Shown here piece by piece: positions 48,448 through 58,053 of a DNA stretch of 64,000 bases. The stretch comes from Bacteriovorax stolpii. GTDB taxonomy: Bacteria; Bdellovibrionota; UBA1018. The translations under genes and the position numbers were made by a program. Location of the stretch: the NCBI GenBank assembly GCA_945860415.1, contig CAMAQA010000001.1:29304-93303 (forward strand), read 5' to 3'. The notes under the pieces are model-generated. The model made no database searches and was not told the DNA's origin. It was given only the letters and a program-made list of their open reading frames with translations. Position 1 is the stretch's first letter; the number at the start of each line of letters is the position of its first letter.

Positions 48448-49310
48448 CAGCTCTCCCTCGGAAACTCCACCCAGCCGGAAGCCACAGGAAATCCTCGGGG
48501 CGGCTTCTCGCATTTTCCGAGATGCGACAGCAGCGCGGTGTAAGCGCACAGGAATGAGTCAAATGCCGTCAGGCTCGAGGAAAGCTTCCGCAGATCGCGG
48601 TCATAGATGAAGACTCCGCGCTGGGCGACGAGCTGCTCAAGAAAGACGAGACGTGCGTGGGCGCCCTCCTCGAGCTTGCGATAGCGCGACAGGAATCGTC
48701 GATCGAGCCCCAGCTGCAGGCAGAGCCTGAGAGCCGTCAGTTTCGGTAGTGCTTCGACGAGTTTCTTGCGATCCAGCATGCGCTGGAGAAAGTGCATGCG
48801 CGCTGTCAGGGGCGCGCGATTTCCGCCGAAGGCCTCGTCGACTTCAAACTGCATGGCCTTTGGAAGCGAGGCGAGGACGTGCTGGCGAAGCCAGAGCTCG
48901 ACCGGTCTCTGCGTGTAGGAGGTGAATTCGACGGCCGCGCCCCGGCGTTCCCTGGCCAGCTTCTTTGAAAAACGCGCCATCCACTCGACCGCCGTCTGTT
49001 CAGCCTTGTGGGCGAGAAATGCGGGAGGAAGCGTCAACGGGACGTTCACCGCCATGCGCGTGAATTTTTCGTCCGTGTCATCAAGCTCTTCCAGCAGTGC
49101 CTGATCTCCGGAGGTCAGGCCTTCGGAATGCGGCGATTCATGCCTCGATCCGCGCGGACCGGCTATCCGGTCACGGATATCGAGCAGGAAGATTTTCTGC
49201 TCCTTCGGGTAGAACTCCAGGATCGAGAGCGCGGTCTTGTTGTTCTTGGCGCCCGCAAGCTCCAGGCCGAGGTATCGCTCACGCACGAGTGACCTTGACC
49301 TCCAGGCCAC
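48447..49310 (-). CDS. Hypothetical protein, possibly DUF429-like (RNase H-like fold); weak call
   Basis: N-terminal YLGLELAGAKNNKTALSIL resembles the DUF429 / YqgF-like beta-hairpin. No strong motif otherwise. Confidence 0.3.
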   Translation of the reverse strand: MAWRSRSLVRERYLGLELAGAKNNKTALSILEFYPKEQKIFLLDIRDRIAGPRGSRHESPHSEGLTSGDQALLEELDDTDEKFTRMAVNVPLTLPPAFLAHKAEQTAVEWMARFSKKLARERRGAAVEFTSYTQRPVELWLRQHVLASLPKAMQFEVDEAFGGNRAPLTARMHFLQRMLDRKKLVEALPKLTALRLCLQLGLDRRFLSRYRKLEEGAHARLVFLEQLVAQRGVFIYDRDLRKLSSSLTAFDSFLCAYTALLSHLGKCEKPPRGFPVASGWVEFPRES

Positions 49311-50367
49311 GCGCGACTGCCTTGAACGGCAGATGCCTCACTCCGAGCGATTCGAGTTTCGTGCGAATCTGCTGGCGCTGCTCCGCACCCTTCGGGGTGT
49401 CGGACGATTCCGGAAGGTAGAGGAAGAAGCATCCGCCACCGCCTGCACCGCAGACCTTGCCGGCGACTGCGCCGAGCCGTGCCGCTTCGGCGAAGGCCTG
49501 GTCCATCTGTTCGGTGGTGATTCCTTGGGCAAGCGTGCGGCGGAATTCCCACTCGCGCGCGATGGCCGCGCCGACGCCGTTCCAGTCCTGGACGCCCAGG
49601 GCCTGGTGCAGCTTGCGCGTGGCTTCGGCAATTCCGGTAAAGCCGTACTTCGTGGCGGAGTCGCCATCGATGAGCTGCTTGAAGAGCGCCCAGTTGTTGA
49701 TTCCTGAGTTCCGCGACTGGCCCGAGTAGAAGAGCAGGAGCCGCTTCTCAAGCTCCTTCATCGTCGCTTCAAGGAGGCCCTCTCGCGAGTGCTTTCCGGG
49801 ATTCCACTGCAGGGCCTGAAGGCCGCCGAACATGGCGCCGTAATAATCCTGCACGCCTGCCGGAACCTTGATGACGGTGGTTTCAATGTCGCGAACGATC
49901 GCGATGAGGTCTTCGCCTTCGAGGGCGACATTCGGGGCATCGCCCTCGCGCGACCAGGCCGCGAGCGCGCCTGCGAGCGACACGGAAAGCGTGGAGCTTC
50001 CGCCGAGGCCTGCTCCGGCAGGGCTTCTGGCCTGCGTCTGCACGAGGAGCGATCCCTGCGGCGGGGTCTTTCGTTTTTTGGCGAAAAACCGCAGGAGCTT
50101 GCCATGCAGTTCGAGCTGCGGCGGAAGCTTGAGCGGCTCATCGCCGAGGATGACGTTCCACGGCACCTTCTGTTCGAACTTTTGGTCTTCCGCGCGGAGC
50201 ACGGCGTTCGGAGTGCCGCTGATGACGGCCTCGAGGTGAGTCTGTGCCCAGAGGTCGATGCCCAGATTGACGGTCATCGGCTGGTCGAAGAACAGGTGGA
50301 GCGGCCAGAGATCCAGCGTGCCGCCCGCGAGGTCGATCCGGGTCGGGGCGCGCGAATCAATGATCAT
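49279..50367 (-). CDS. GHMP-family sugar kinase (COG2605, HddA/fucokinase-like). The track ORF runs to 50469; the start at 50367 overlaps the hpt 3' end by 11 nt
   Basis: GHMP motif 1 RIDLAGGTLD, motif 2 PAGAGLGGSSTLSVSLAGAL and motif 3 GKVCGAGGGGCFFL. Confidence 0.65.
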   Translation of the reverse strand: MIIDSRAPTRIDLAGGTLDLWPLHLFFDQPMTVNLGIDLWAQTHLEAVISGTPNAVLRAEDQKFEQKVPWNVILGDEPLKLPPQLELHGKLLRFFAKKRKTPPQGSLLVQTQARSPAGAGLGGSSTLSVSLAGALAAWSREGDAPNVALEGEDLIAIVRDIETTVIKVPAGVQDYYGAMFGGLQALQWNPGKHSREGLLEATMKELEKRLLLFYSGQSRNSGINNWALFKQLIDGDSATKYGFTGIAEATRKLHQALGVQDWNGVGAAIAREWEFRRTLAQGITTEQMDQAFAEAARLGAVAGKVCGAGGGGCFFLYLPESSDTPKGAEQRQQIRTKLESLGVRHLPFKAVARGLEVKVTRA

Positions 50368-50902
50368 GTTCGAGCATCCCGATGTACGGAAGGCCGCGGT
50401 GCTTGCCTTCATAGTCGATGCCGTAACCGACGACGAATTCCTTACCGAGCTTGAATCCCCAGTAATCAATCGGAGGAGTGATCTTCAGGCGCTCTTCCTT
50501 GACCAGCAGCGCGCAGCTCTTGAGCGAGGCTGGCCGGCGGGCACGGAGCATGTTCAGGATGTAATTCAGAGTCAGTCCGCTATGCACCACGTCTTCGATG
50601 ACAAGCACGTGCTTGCCTTCGAGCGGCTCATTGATGTCGAGCGTGACCTTCACTTCGCCCGAAGTGACGGAGCGGTGGTAGGCCTTCACGCCCAGGAACT
50701 CGGTCGTGAGCGTCATGTCGAGCTGTCGGATCAGATCCGTGAAGAAAATGAAGCTGCCCTTGAGCACGCAAACGGCAACGATTTCCTTGCCGGCGTAATC
50801 CTGGCGGATCTCGCGGGCGAGCTCGGCGATCCTTTCCTTGAGCTTGGGTTCGGAAATCAGGATCCGGGGAAGCTTGCTGGCGAAATCATCAGTCGTCGAC
50901 AC
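50357..50902 (-). CDS. hpt: Hypoxanthine-guanine phosphoribosyltransferase
   Basis: PRPP-binding motif VLVIEDVVHSGLT. About 180 aa. Confidence 0.9.
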   Translation of the reverse strand: MSTTDDFASKLPRILISEPKLKERIAELAREIRQDYAGKEIVAVCVLKGSFIFFTDLIRQLDMTLTTEFLGVKAYHRSVTSGEVKVTLDINEPLEGKHVLVIEDVVHSGLTLNYILNMLRARRPASLKSCALLVKEERLKITPPIDYWGFKLGKEFVVGYGIDYEGKHRGLPYIGMLEHDH

Positions 50903-50914
50903 GGGCGGTTCTCC

Positions 50915-51493
50915 TTACTTTTGACCGTGCGTTTCGGGCTCGTGGCAGAAGCGGCAGCGCGCTTCGTACATTTCCTTGGCCCCGACGGCGACGGTGGAAT
51001 TCGGTTCCAAGTTTCCCACGGTCCGCTGGGTTCTGGAAGCGGGAGAACCGCAAACCACGCAAACGGCGGAAAGTTTCGTCACGGCTTCCGCGACGGCCAG
51101 GAGCTTGGGCATCGGACCGAAGGGCTGGCCGCGGAAATCCATATCGAGGCCTGCGACGATCACGCGCATGCCGCGGTAGGCGAGCTTGTTGGCCACTTCG
51201 ACGACTCCATCATCGAAGAACTGGGCTTCGTCGATGCCAACGACCCGGGTATTGTCGTCCACGAGATCCAGGATTTGACGCGAGTTGTCGACTGCGATCG
51301 AGGGCAGCCGATTGGCATCGTGGCTCTGGACATGGTCCTTGGAGTAGCGGTCGTCGATGCGGGGCTTGAAGACCTGGACCTTCTGGCGGCCGATCTGGGC
51401 CCGCTTGCAGCGCCGGACCAGCTCCTCGGTCTTTCCGCTGAACATGCTCCCACACACGACCTCGATGAACCCCTGCAGCGCACGATGAAACAT
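50915..51493 (-). CDS. tdk: Thymidine kinase
   Basis: P-loop GSMFSGKT and a C-terminal Zn ribbon (CVVCG...CRFCH). Confidence 0.9.
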   Translation of the reverse strand: MFHRALQGFIEVVCGSMFSGKTEELVRRCKRAQIGRQKVQVFKPRIDDRYSKDHVQSHDANRLPSIAVDNSRQILDLVDDNTRVVGIDEAQFFDDGVVEVANKLAYRGMRVIVAGLDMDFRGQPFGPMPKLLAVAEAVTKLSAVCVVCGSPASRTQRTVGNLEPNSTVAVGAKEMYEARCRFCHEPETHGQK

Positions 51494-51519
51494 GAAAGTT
51501 CAGTACACTCGAACCCGGA

Positions 51520-52542
51520 TTATTCCAAGCTGCAGGCAGGAACTGATGCGGAGCATCCAAGATAAGCCCTGATCTCAGGATCGGTTCCGAGAATCTTCTC
51601 GATGCGGACCCGAGGTGAGGGGTGGGTTCCAGCCTCATCCGAGAGGTGGTCCTCTTCGCAGAGATCACGGATGCTGTTGCCGACCGCCGCCCAGCGCTGG
51701 GGTTCCGGGTATTCGCCTCCCCATCGCTGGAGCGCACGTGAGGAGATCCTCACGGCCACCCAGTCGGCGAAGGCCTCGGAGAGCTGGTCGTTTCGGCGGC
51801 ACTCGACCCGTGATCGGGGGGTTGCCGCAAGTCCGGCAGTGATGAAGCAGGCACCGAGCCGATCGAAGGCGGGGATGGCCCAGCCGGTGCTGCGGAGCTC
51901 GCAGGGATCAATCGCATGCGCCAGCTCGTGGGCGATCGTGAACACGAGATTGAAACGTGAGCTGGTACCCAGCACATAGGCTCCACCGAAGCGCAGTCGT
52001 CGGGGACTTTGAGGATCGTTTTCCAGGCGTTCGTAAGTGGCCTGCGAGGTCAGCAGCAGCTCGGGCTCATCGGGGTACCCGAGCTGGGGAGACGGAAAGT
52101 CCAGCCGCGTCGTCTGGATTCTTGCCAGGAGCTCTCGCCGGTCTCGCGGAAGAAATGCGGCCTGTTGTTCGATCCAGCGCGAGAGTTCAGCCTTCACCCA
52201 GCGTTCGATCTCCACAATCCGGGCCTTGCGACCTTCTGAAAAAACAGAGGCGATCCAGTCCGGCTGTGCCGCCCGGACTTCGCGGATGGCCGCCTCGGAT
52301 TCGGAGTCGAGCCACACTTCGCCGGTAGGATCCGTGAAGGTACCGATTCCGAAGTCGGGTCGAGTCCTGCAGAATTCCTCGAAAAGCATGCGGCAGCGCT
52401 TTTCGATCCTTCGTGAATGCTGGAGCGATTTTCCTGCGCCCGGCACCCATCGGGGGCGCGTCGAGGTTCGCCACAGGTCCCAAGCCACCAGCACCAGGAG
52501 CGCGATGGCGATCGGCATGAGGATCCGAAGCTTTCGATTCAT
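51520..52542 (-). CDS. Membrane-anchored HExxH (zincin-like) putative metallopeptidase. The track ORF runs to 52959; Met 52542 gives an ATGA overlap with Yip1
   Basis: N-terminal signal anchor (ILMPIAIALLVLVAW) and an FTIAHELAHAIDP zincin motif. The upstream part of the track ORF overlaps the Yip1 gene in another frame and is discounted. Confidence 0.5.
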   Translation of the reverse strand: MNRKLRILMPIAIALLVLVAWDLWRTSTRPRWVPGAGKSLQHSRRIEKRCRMLFEEFCRTRPDFGIGTFTDPTGEVWLDSESEAAIREVRAAQPDWIASVFSEGRKARIVEIERWVKAELSRWIEQQAAFLPRDRRELLARIQTTRLDFPSPQLGYPDEPELLLTSQATYERLENDPQSPRRLRFGGAYVLGTSSRFNLVFTIAHELAHAIDPCELRSTGWAIPAFDRLGACFITAGLAATPRSRVECRRNDQLSEAFADWVAVRISSRALQRWGGEYPEPQRWAAVGNSIRDLCEEDHLSDEAGTHPSPRVRIEKILGTDPEIRAYLGCSASVPACSLE

Positions 52543-53267
52543 GAGACTCCGAAGAGCGCCGACAAAGTACGAAAGGCAACCCAGCTGATGGCAATCACGC
52601 CGCTGATGACCAGCAGGACAAACGCAATCTTTGGAAAGATGGCAATCGTCAGTGCCCGGAAGAAGCTCGTCTTGTAGACCTCGGCCAGGGCAATGGTCAG
52701 GGTGGCAATCATGGCGATTGGCGCCACGAGTGCGCCGACGACCGGAACCACTGTCCAGAGTGCCGCAGCTGAAGAAAAGCAGACGATCCGAATCAAGGTC
52801 CTGAACCGGATGGGTCGCTCCGAGTCCACCAGCACGCGCGCTGCCACGAACACCAGGATGGAAGTGGTGAAGACGCCGGCAAGAGTGGTGAATGGATCCA
52901 GCAGAACCGAGGAGGCTCCCCAGAACCAGGGCAGTACGAGCTCCTTGAATTTCACCCACGCTTCAGCTGCAATCGAGCTCTCCGCATGCCTTCCTGGAGA
53001 GTCGATCGAGGAGAGGTCGCCCGCGAAGTCATTCCATAGCCCAGCGCCCTCCCGGTAGCCGCGCTGAAGGTGCTGGAAAAGCGGTACCTTCCAGAAAAAC
53101 GAAATGGCGGCAGCAAGCCAGTTCGTGACCACTGCGAAGAGCAACGGCATCATCATTCCGCCGTCTCGCGGCATGGTCGCAAAAAATCTTCCCGGATGGA
53201 TGAGCAGCCGGGACGTGGTCCGGAAGTAATGGCCGATGTACCGGACCGGCATCCCGGTCTTGCTCAC
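52539..53267 (-). CDS. Yip1-domain integral membrane protein
   Basis: Five hydrophobic helices with the Yip1/DUF1282-like layout. About 242 aa. ATGA overlaps on both sides. Confidence 0.45.
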   Translation of the reverse strand: MSKTGMPVRYIGHYFRTTSRLLIHPGRFFATMPRDGGMMMPLLFAVVTNWLAAAISFFWKVPLFQHLQRGYREGAGLWNDFAGDLSSIDSPGRHAESSIAAEAWVKFKELVLPWFWGASSVLLDPFTTLAGVFTTSILVFVAARVLVDSERPIRFRTLIRIVCFSSAAALWTVVPVVGALVAPIAMIATLTIALAEVYKTSFFRALTIAIFPKIAFVLLVISGVIAISWVAFRTLSALFGVS

Positions 53268-54718
53268 AGTTTTTCCCAGGGAAGAGCCGAATCCAGTACA
53301 GGATCGAGCTCCAGGATTTCGTGACGGTTCGAAAGCGCATCGCGCCCCAGCACCTTGCCGCCTTCCTTCCAGAACTCGAGCCTTCGCAGCACCTGCGCCT
53401 TGTCGTCCTTGAGTGAAACCTCGAGGGCATCCTTGCCGGGCTTTCGCTCGGGCAGGAACGCCTTCACCTTGTTTCCGCTCAGCCGATCGAGGATCGAGCT
53501 GACCTTGGAGTCCTCATCCTGCGTCGAGGCACCATCGCGAGCCCACTTGCCCTCTTTCTTGGTGAACACGACCGCAGTGGCGCCGAGCGATGCCGATCGG
53601 AACGTGACCTCGCGTGCGTTGAAGCGATCCATGGAGCCGAGTAGACGCGAGAGCCGCAGATCCTGGATCGACTTCGCGAGCCTCTGCCGAGCCGTGCCCT
53701 CCAGCTCATAGACCGGGTCCAGGTTGGAGGCCGTGAGGAAGAGTTTTTCCATCTGCGACGACTTCTTCTCGAAGAGCTGAAGGGCAATCGGTTTTTCTCC
53801 CTGCTTGGCGAGCATGATCTCGATTACGGGTTTTGCTCCAGCAAGGGCCTTTCGTCCCTCGGGCGAGTTCTTCCGTTCCGCAGCGAATTCGCGGGCCGAC
53901 AGGTAGGCCACTGCCGAGGTCCAGTTGTCGATGTTCTCGATGTCGCCCGGCAGTCCCGAGTAGGTCATGCCGTTTTCACGGCCATTGAGTGTCCACTGCA
54001 GGTCCTTCTTCGACGCTTCGAAGGTCGACTTCGCGCTCTTGTAGCGAATGCTCGAAATCTCTCCCGAATGAAGAGTCAGGATCTTCTTGTCGCGCCAGTG
54101 CGTGAGCGGCTTGGAGATCGCCTCCTTGAACGAGGTGGGAATCATGAGAACCCGGGCGTCCGGTGCAGGCACTTCGCCCTTCTTCATGCGCTCGACCAGC
54201 GCGAAGCGCGAATCACCGAGCGGATGCAGATCACCGAGGACGATTGCGATCCGGTTTCCGGAATCATCCGTGACCTCCACCCGCTGCGCGAATTTCCTCT
54301 GCTCGTCCGAAAGGCCATACTCGGCGAGAAGCCTCGTGCGCTTCTCGGGAGTTTCCGAGGACAGGTCTACGGAGTCCGTGGGCAGGAGATTATTCAGCGA
54401 CGACAGCAGCGACTGCACGTTCACTTCATCCGCTCGGAGCTTCGAGGGCGAGCGCACCTCCCACTTCGAATTGGTGCCGGCGAGACACTGCCTGGCTGCA
54501 AGATCGAGGCATCCGAGGCTCACCAGTGATGCTCCCTGGATCAGGGTCACTTCGGCCACCTGGTTCTCGTCCAGGAGGAAGACCTTCTTTTCCTGTGCCT
54601 TCTGCTTTTCGGTATCAGGCTTCTTCTTGAACTCTAGCCAATACACGGCCGTGCTGAGCACCGTCAGTACTCCTGCGAGCGCGACCGGCCGGGTCCAGCT
54701 CGGACTCTTGGTTGACAT
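53264..54718 (-). CDS. DUF4340-domain protein (accessory component of Gld-type ABC systems)
   Basis: N-terminal TM anchor, about 480 aa, in the conserved position downstream of the GldG-like gene. Confidence 0.55.
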   Translation of the reverse strand: MSTKSPSWTRPVALAGVLTVLSTAVYWLEFKKKPDTEKQKAQEKKVFLLDENQVAEVTLIQGASLVSLGCLDLAARQCLAGTNSKWEVRSPSKLRADEVNVQSLLSSLNNLLPTDSVDLSSETPEKRTRLLAEYGLSDEQRKFAQRVEVTDDSGNRIAIVLGDLHPLGDSRFALVERMKKGEVPAPDARVLMIPTSFKEAISKPLTHWRDKKILTLHSGEISSIRYKSAKSTFEASKKDLQWTLNGRENGMTYSGLPGDIENIDNWTSAVAYLSAREFAAERKNSPEGRKALAGAKPVIEIMLAKQGEKPIALQLFEKKSSQMEKLFLTASNLDPVYELEGTARQRLAKSIQDLRLSRLLGSMDRFNAREVTFRSASLGATAVVFTKKEGKWARDGASTQDEDSKVSSILDRLSGNKVKAFLPERKPGKDALEVSLKDDKAQVLRRLEFWKEGGKVLGRDALSNRHEILELDPVLDSALPWEKL

Positions 54719-54734
54719 GGCTTTACTCCTCCAT

Positions 54735-56285
54735 TTAAAGGCGCTTGCGATAAGCCCAGAACCCGATGCCGCCCGAAGCGATCAGAAGCGGCATGGCGAT
54801 CACGGAAACCAGGAATATCAGGGTTCCCTGCTTCTGCGAGAGCTCGATCTTTCCGATGGTCGCATCCTTGGGACGGATGGAGATCATGTTCTCATCCTCC
54901 ATCACCCAGGAGGCGGCATTCAGAAAAAGATCCGCATTACCCACGAGCCGCGAAAAATTGTTGTTGGCGAAAAGCGAGCTCGCGAAAACGACCAGCCGGG
55001 TGTTGCGTGAAGCCTTGGAGTCCTTCAGCTTGCCCTCAACGGCCACCATCGCGTTCAAGGGGCCGGCCTTGTCGGTCGGGTTCTGCTGAACCTTGCCTTC
55101 GGCGAGTTCCTTGAAGTTGCCTTCAGCCCAGGCCTTGGGAGTCGACTGCGCCAGCCACTGGACATTTAGTGTGGCGGGTGCACCCGGAACGATGTCGATC
55201 GGACGCGCAAAGGGCATCGCGGCGTTGAGCGCGAAGTCTCTGGTGATCGCGTTGTCCTTGGAGAACGTGGGCAGGATCACGACCGAGGGGTCAAGATTCA
55301 GAACGCGCGAGAACGGATCGACCAGCATCGCCTTGCCCGGCTGGACGTGCCAGGACGCCAGTACCGGAAACAGCTCGGCAGCCGGCTCGCCGCCCTTCAT
55401 GTCGATGTCGAGGGCAACGAGCGCGCGACCCCCGTTGGCAAGATAGTCGCGGATCAGCGGAACTTCCTGCGGAAAGAAGGCCTTCTGTCCTCCCCAGATC
55501 GCCACGGCATTGCAGCTTTCCGGAATCCTTCCTTCTGTCACGAGATTCAGATCACGGATCTCATACGCCTGGTTGGTCAGGCCCTTGCGAACGGCATCGA
55601 AGCCCTCGGCGTCGGTGGCGGTGAACGACTTCTCGCCGTGGCCGGTCAGGACGCAGAGCTGCTGTGAGGAATCCTTATTGAGCTTGATCAGCGCGTTCGT
55701 CACCTTCTCTTCCGTGAGCTCGGTCACCTGGCTGTCGCGGGCGCCCGAGATGATCTGGAGCGTTCCGTAGGTTCGGATTCCCGCCTGCTTGGTGCGAATG
55801 GGTTCCTTGTTCGGGTCGACGATTTCGATTTCGATCTTCGACGGATTCAGCGCGCGGTAGTTTTCGAGGAACGACCGACTGGTTTCCGCCTGTTCGACTT
55901 TTCCGAAATAGACGAACTTGATCGATGACCGGAGCTCGCGCGCGAGCTTTTTCGTCTGGTCCGAAAGCGTGTGGAGCTGGTCCTTCGTGAGGTCCACCTT
56001 GCCGGGGTTGCGATGGCCCAGGAAATTGATCACCCCGAGGATGGCGATCACGAGGAGCGTCGTCATCATCGAGTGCGAGCCATAGGCGACTGCCCTCCCC
56101 TGCAGCTTCCTGCGATTGAGCACGATGAATCCGGCGAGATCGGCGATGAGCAGGATGCCGAGCAGGATGTTGAGCCACGCGTATTCCGGAAAAAGGCTCA
56201 CGGTAAACAGCAGCGTGAACGCCAGGATGCCTGCCCCGATGCCGAGCATTGTCGTCGTTTCCATCTTCTTCTTGGAATTTTCCAT
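54735..56285 (-). CDS. GldG-family ABC transporter auxiliary protein
   Basis: TM helices at both termini flanking a large periplasmic domain of about 450 aa. Follows an ABC-2 permease and an ATPase. Confidence 0.65.
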   Translation of the reverse strand: MENSKKKMETTTMLGIGAGILAFTLLFTVSLFPEYAWLNILLGILLIADLAGFIVLNRRKLQGRAVAYGSHSMMTTLLVIAILGVINFLGHRNPGKVDLTKDQLHTLSDQTKKLARELRSSIKFVYFGKVEQAETSRSFLENYRALNPSKIEIEIVDPNKEPIRTKQAGIRTYGTLQIISGARDSQVTELTEEKVTNALIKLNKDSSQQLCVLTGHGEKSFTATDAEGFDAVRKGLTNQAYEIRDLNLVTEGRIPESCNAVAIWGGQKAFFPQEVPLIRDYLANGGRALVALDIDMKGGEPAAELFPVLASWHVQPGKAMLVDPFSRVLNLDPSVVILPTFSKDNAITRDFALNAAMPFARPIDIVPGAPATLNVQWLAQSTPKAWAEGNFKELAEGKVQQNPTDKAGPLNAMVAVEGKLKDSKASRNTRLVVFASSLFANNNFSRLVGNADLFLNAASWVMEDENMISIRPKDATIGKIELSQKQGTLIFLVSVIAMPLLIASGGIGFWAYRKRL

Positions 56286-56291
56286 GTCAGC

Positions 56292-57056
56292 TTACCTCCA
56301 GCGGAACGAGTCCAGGACTCGGTGCGTGAGAAACAGTCCCAGGCCGATGAACGACAGATAATAGATGATGTCCGTCGAGTTCAGGACGCCCTGGCTGAAG
56401 TTGTTGTAGTGATTGATGAGCGACAGGTAGTTCAGGATGTCTCCCCAGGTCGATCCCACGGACTGGGCGGCCCAGTTGATGAGCCAGAAGAACAGTCCGA
56501 ACGCAAACGTCAGCGCGCCTGCCACGATCTGGTTTTCGGTCATCGCCGAGAAGAGTAGCCCGAACGCAAGGTAGCAGCCCACCAGGAGTGCCGTTCCGAG
56601 GTACGACATCAGGATCGGACCCGGATCCGGGTTGCCGAACAGGAAGAGCACCGCCGGATATGTTGCAGTAAGTGCCAGCATCACCAGCACGAGCAGGAAC
56701 GAGGACAGGAACTTGCCCAGGATGATCTCGGCCAGCGAAACCGGAGCCGTGAGCAGCAGCTGGATCGTGCTGTTCTTTCGCTCCTCGGCAAGAAGCCTCA
56801 TCGTGATGAATGGCACGAGGAACAGGAAGATCACATTCATGTTGCCGTAGAGCGGGCGAATGATGCCGTCGGTGATCGAGACCCCCTTGCCCAGGTTCAT
56901 CTGCAGCGCCTGCATGTTCTGCATGTTGAAGTAGGACAGGTTGAAGAAGAACATCCACCCCATGATGGCCAGGAATCCGGCGATCAGGATGTAGGCGATC
57001 GGAGAGGTGAAGTAGGATTTGAAATCGCGGCTGGCGATGGTCCAGATGTTTTTCAC
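56292..57056 (-). CDS. ABC-2 type transporter permease (GldF-like)
   Basis: Six TM helices, about 254 aa. A 4-nt overlap with the upstream ATPase. Confidence 0.7.
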   Translation of the reverse strand: MKNIWTIASRDFKSYFTSPIAYILIAGFLAIMGWMFFFNLSYFNMQNMQALQMNLGKGVSITDGIIRPLYGNMNVIFLFLVPFITMRLLAEERKNSTIQLLLTAPVSLAEIILGKFLSSFLLVLVMLALTATYPAVLFLFGNPDPGPILMSYLGTALLVGCYLAFGLLFSAMTENQIVAGALTFAFGLFFWLINWAAQSVGSTWGDILNYLSLINHYNNFSQGVLNSTDIIYYLSFIGLGLFLTHRVLDSFRWR

Positions 57057-58024
57057 AGGTTTTCCTCCGTGGTGAGCTGCAGGAAGATCTCCTCGAGGCT
57101 CAGCTTTTCAGCGACAAATTCAAGAAGTCCCATGCGATGCGAGACGACCGTTTCGGTGATGCGGTCGCGCACTTCGCCCGCTTCCGGAAGGATCTCGACC
57201 GTGAGCCGGGATTCGGCAGTCGAGGCCGAGTCGGATACGGCCTTGATTCCCGGAATCGCACGGATCGCGGCGATGCCATCCGGAGTCAGATTGCGGACGG
57301 CCAGGCTGTAGATCCGGCCCTGCTGGATCCGCGTGGTGAGCCGATCGAGGGTGTCCTGTGCGGCAATCCGTCCCTTGTTGATCACGATCACTCGGTCGCA
57401 GGTGGCCGTCACTTCCGGAAGGATGTGCGTGCTCAGGATGATGGTGTGCTCTCCGGCAAGCTCCTTGATGAGCTTGCGGATCTCGATGATCTGCTTTGGA
57501 TCGAGGCCGACGGTCGGCTCGTCCAGGATCAGCACCTGCGGATTGTGGGCAATGGCCTGGGCGATGCCGACTCGCTGGCGGTAGCCCTTCGAGAGATTGC
57601 CGATCAGGCGTTTTCGAACATCCCCGAGCACGGTCTTTTCAATCGCAGTGGTCACTGCGGACTCGATCCTGGACTTCTCGACACCATGGAGCCGGGTCGT
57701 GAAGCGGAGGTAATCCTCCACCGACATCTCGGTGTAGACGGGGGGATTCTCCGGCAGGAATCCGATGTTGCGTTTGACCTCGATGGGTGAGTCGAAGACG
57801 TCGAAGCCTGCAACCGTGGCGGTACCTTCGGTTGCGGGCATGAAGCCTGTCAGGATCTTCATCGTGGTGCTCTTGCCTGCGCCGTTCGGCCCCAGGAATC
57901 CCACGATTTCCCCGCGCCTGACCTCAAAATTCAGGCTGTCGACCGCCGTGCGGGGACCATATCGCTTCGTCAAGTTCTGTACCTGGATCATGCGTCGATC
58001 TCCGTTTGTCTGAAGTTTTCCCAA
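57053..58024 (-). CDS. ABC transporter ATP-binding protein (GldA-like)
   Basis: Walker A GPNGAGKST, signature LSKGYRQR and Walker B ILDEPT. Confidence 0.9.
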   Translation of the reverse strand: MGKLQTNGDRRMIQVQNLTKRYGPRTAVDSLNFEVRRGEIVGFLGPNGAGKSTTMKILTGFMPATEGTATVAGFDVFDSPIEVKRNIGFLPENPPVYTEMSVEDYLRFTTRLHGVEKSRIESAVTTAIEKTVLGDVRKRLIGNLSKGYRQRVGIAQAIAHNPQVLILDEPTVGLDPKQIIEIRKLIKELAGEHTIILSTHILPEVTATCDRVIVINKGRIAAQDTLDRLTTRIQQGRIYSLAVRNLTPDGIAAIRAIPGIKAVSDSASTAESRLTVEILPEAGEVRDRITETVVSHRMGLLEFVAEKLSLEEIFLQLTTEENL

Positions 58025-58053
58025 ATAATGAAAATGGAGCAGGGTTTGTCAAG

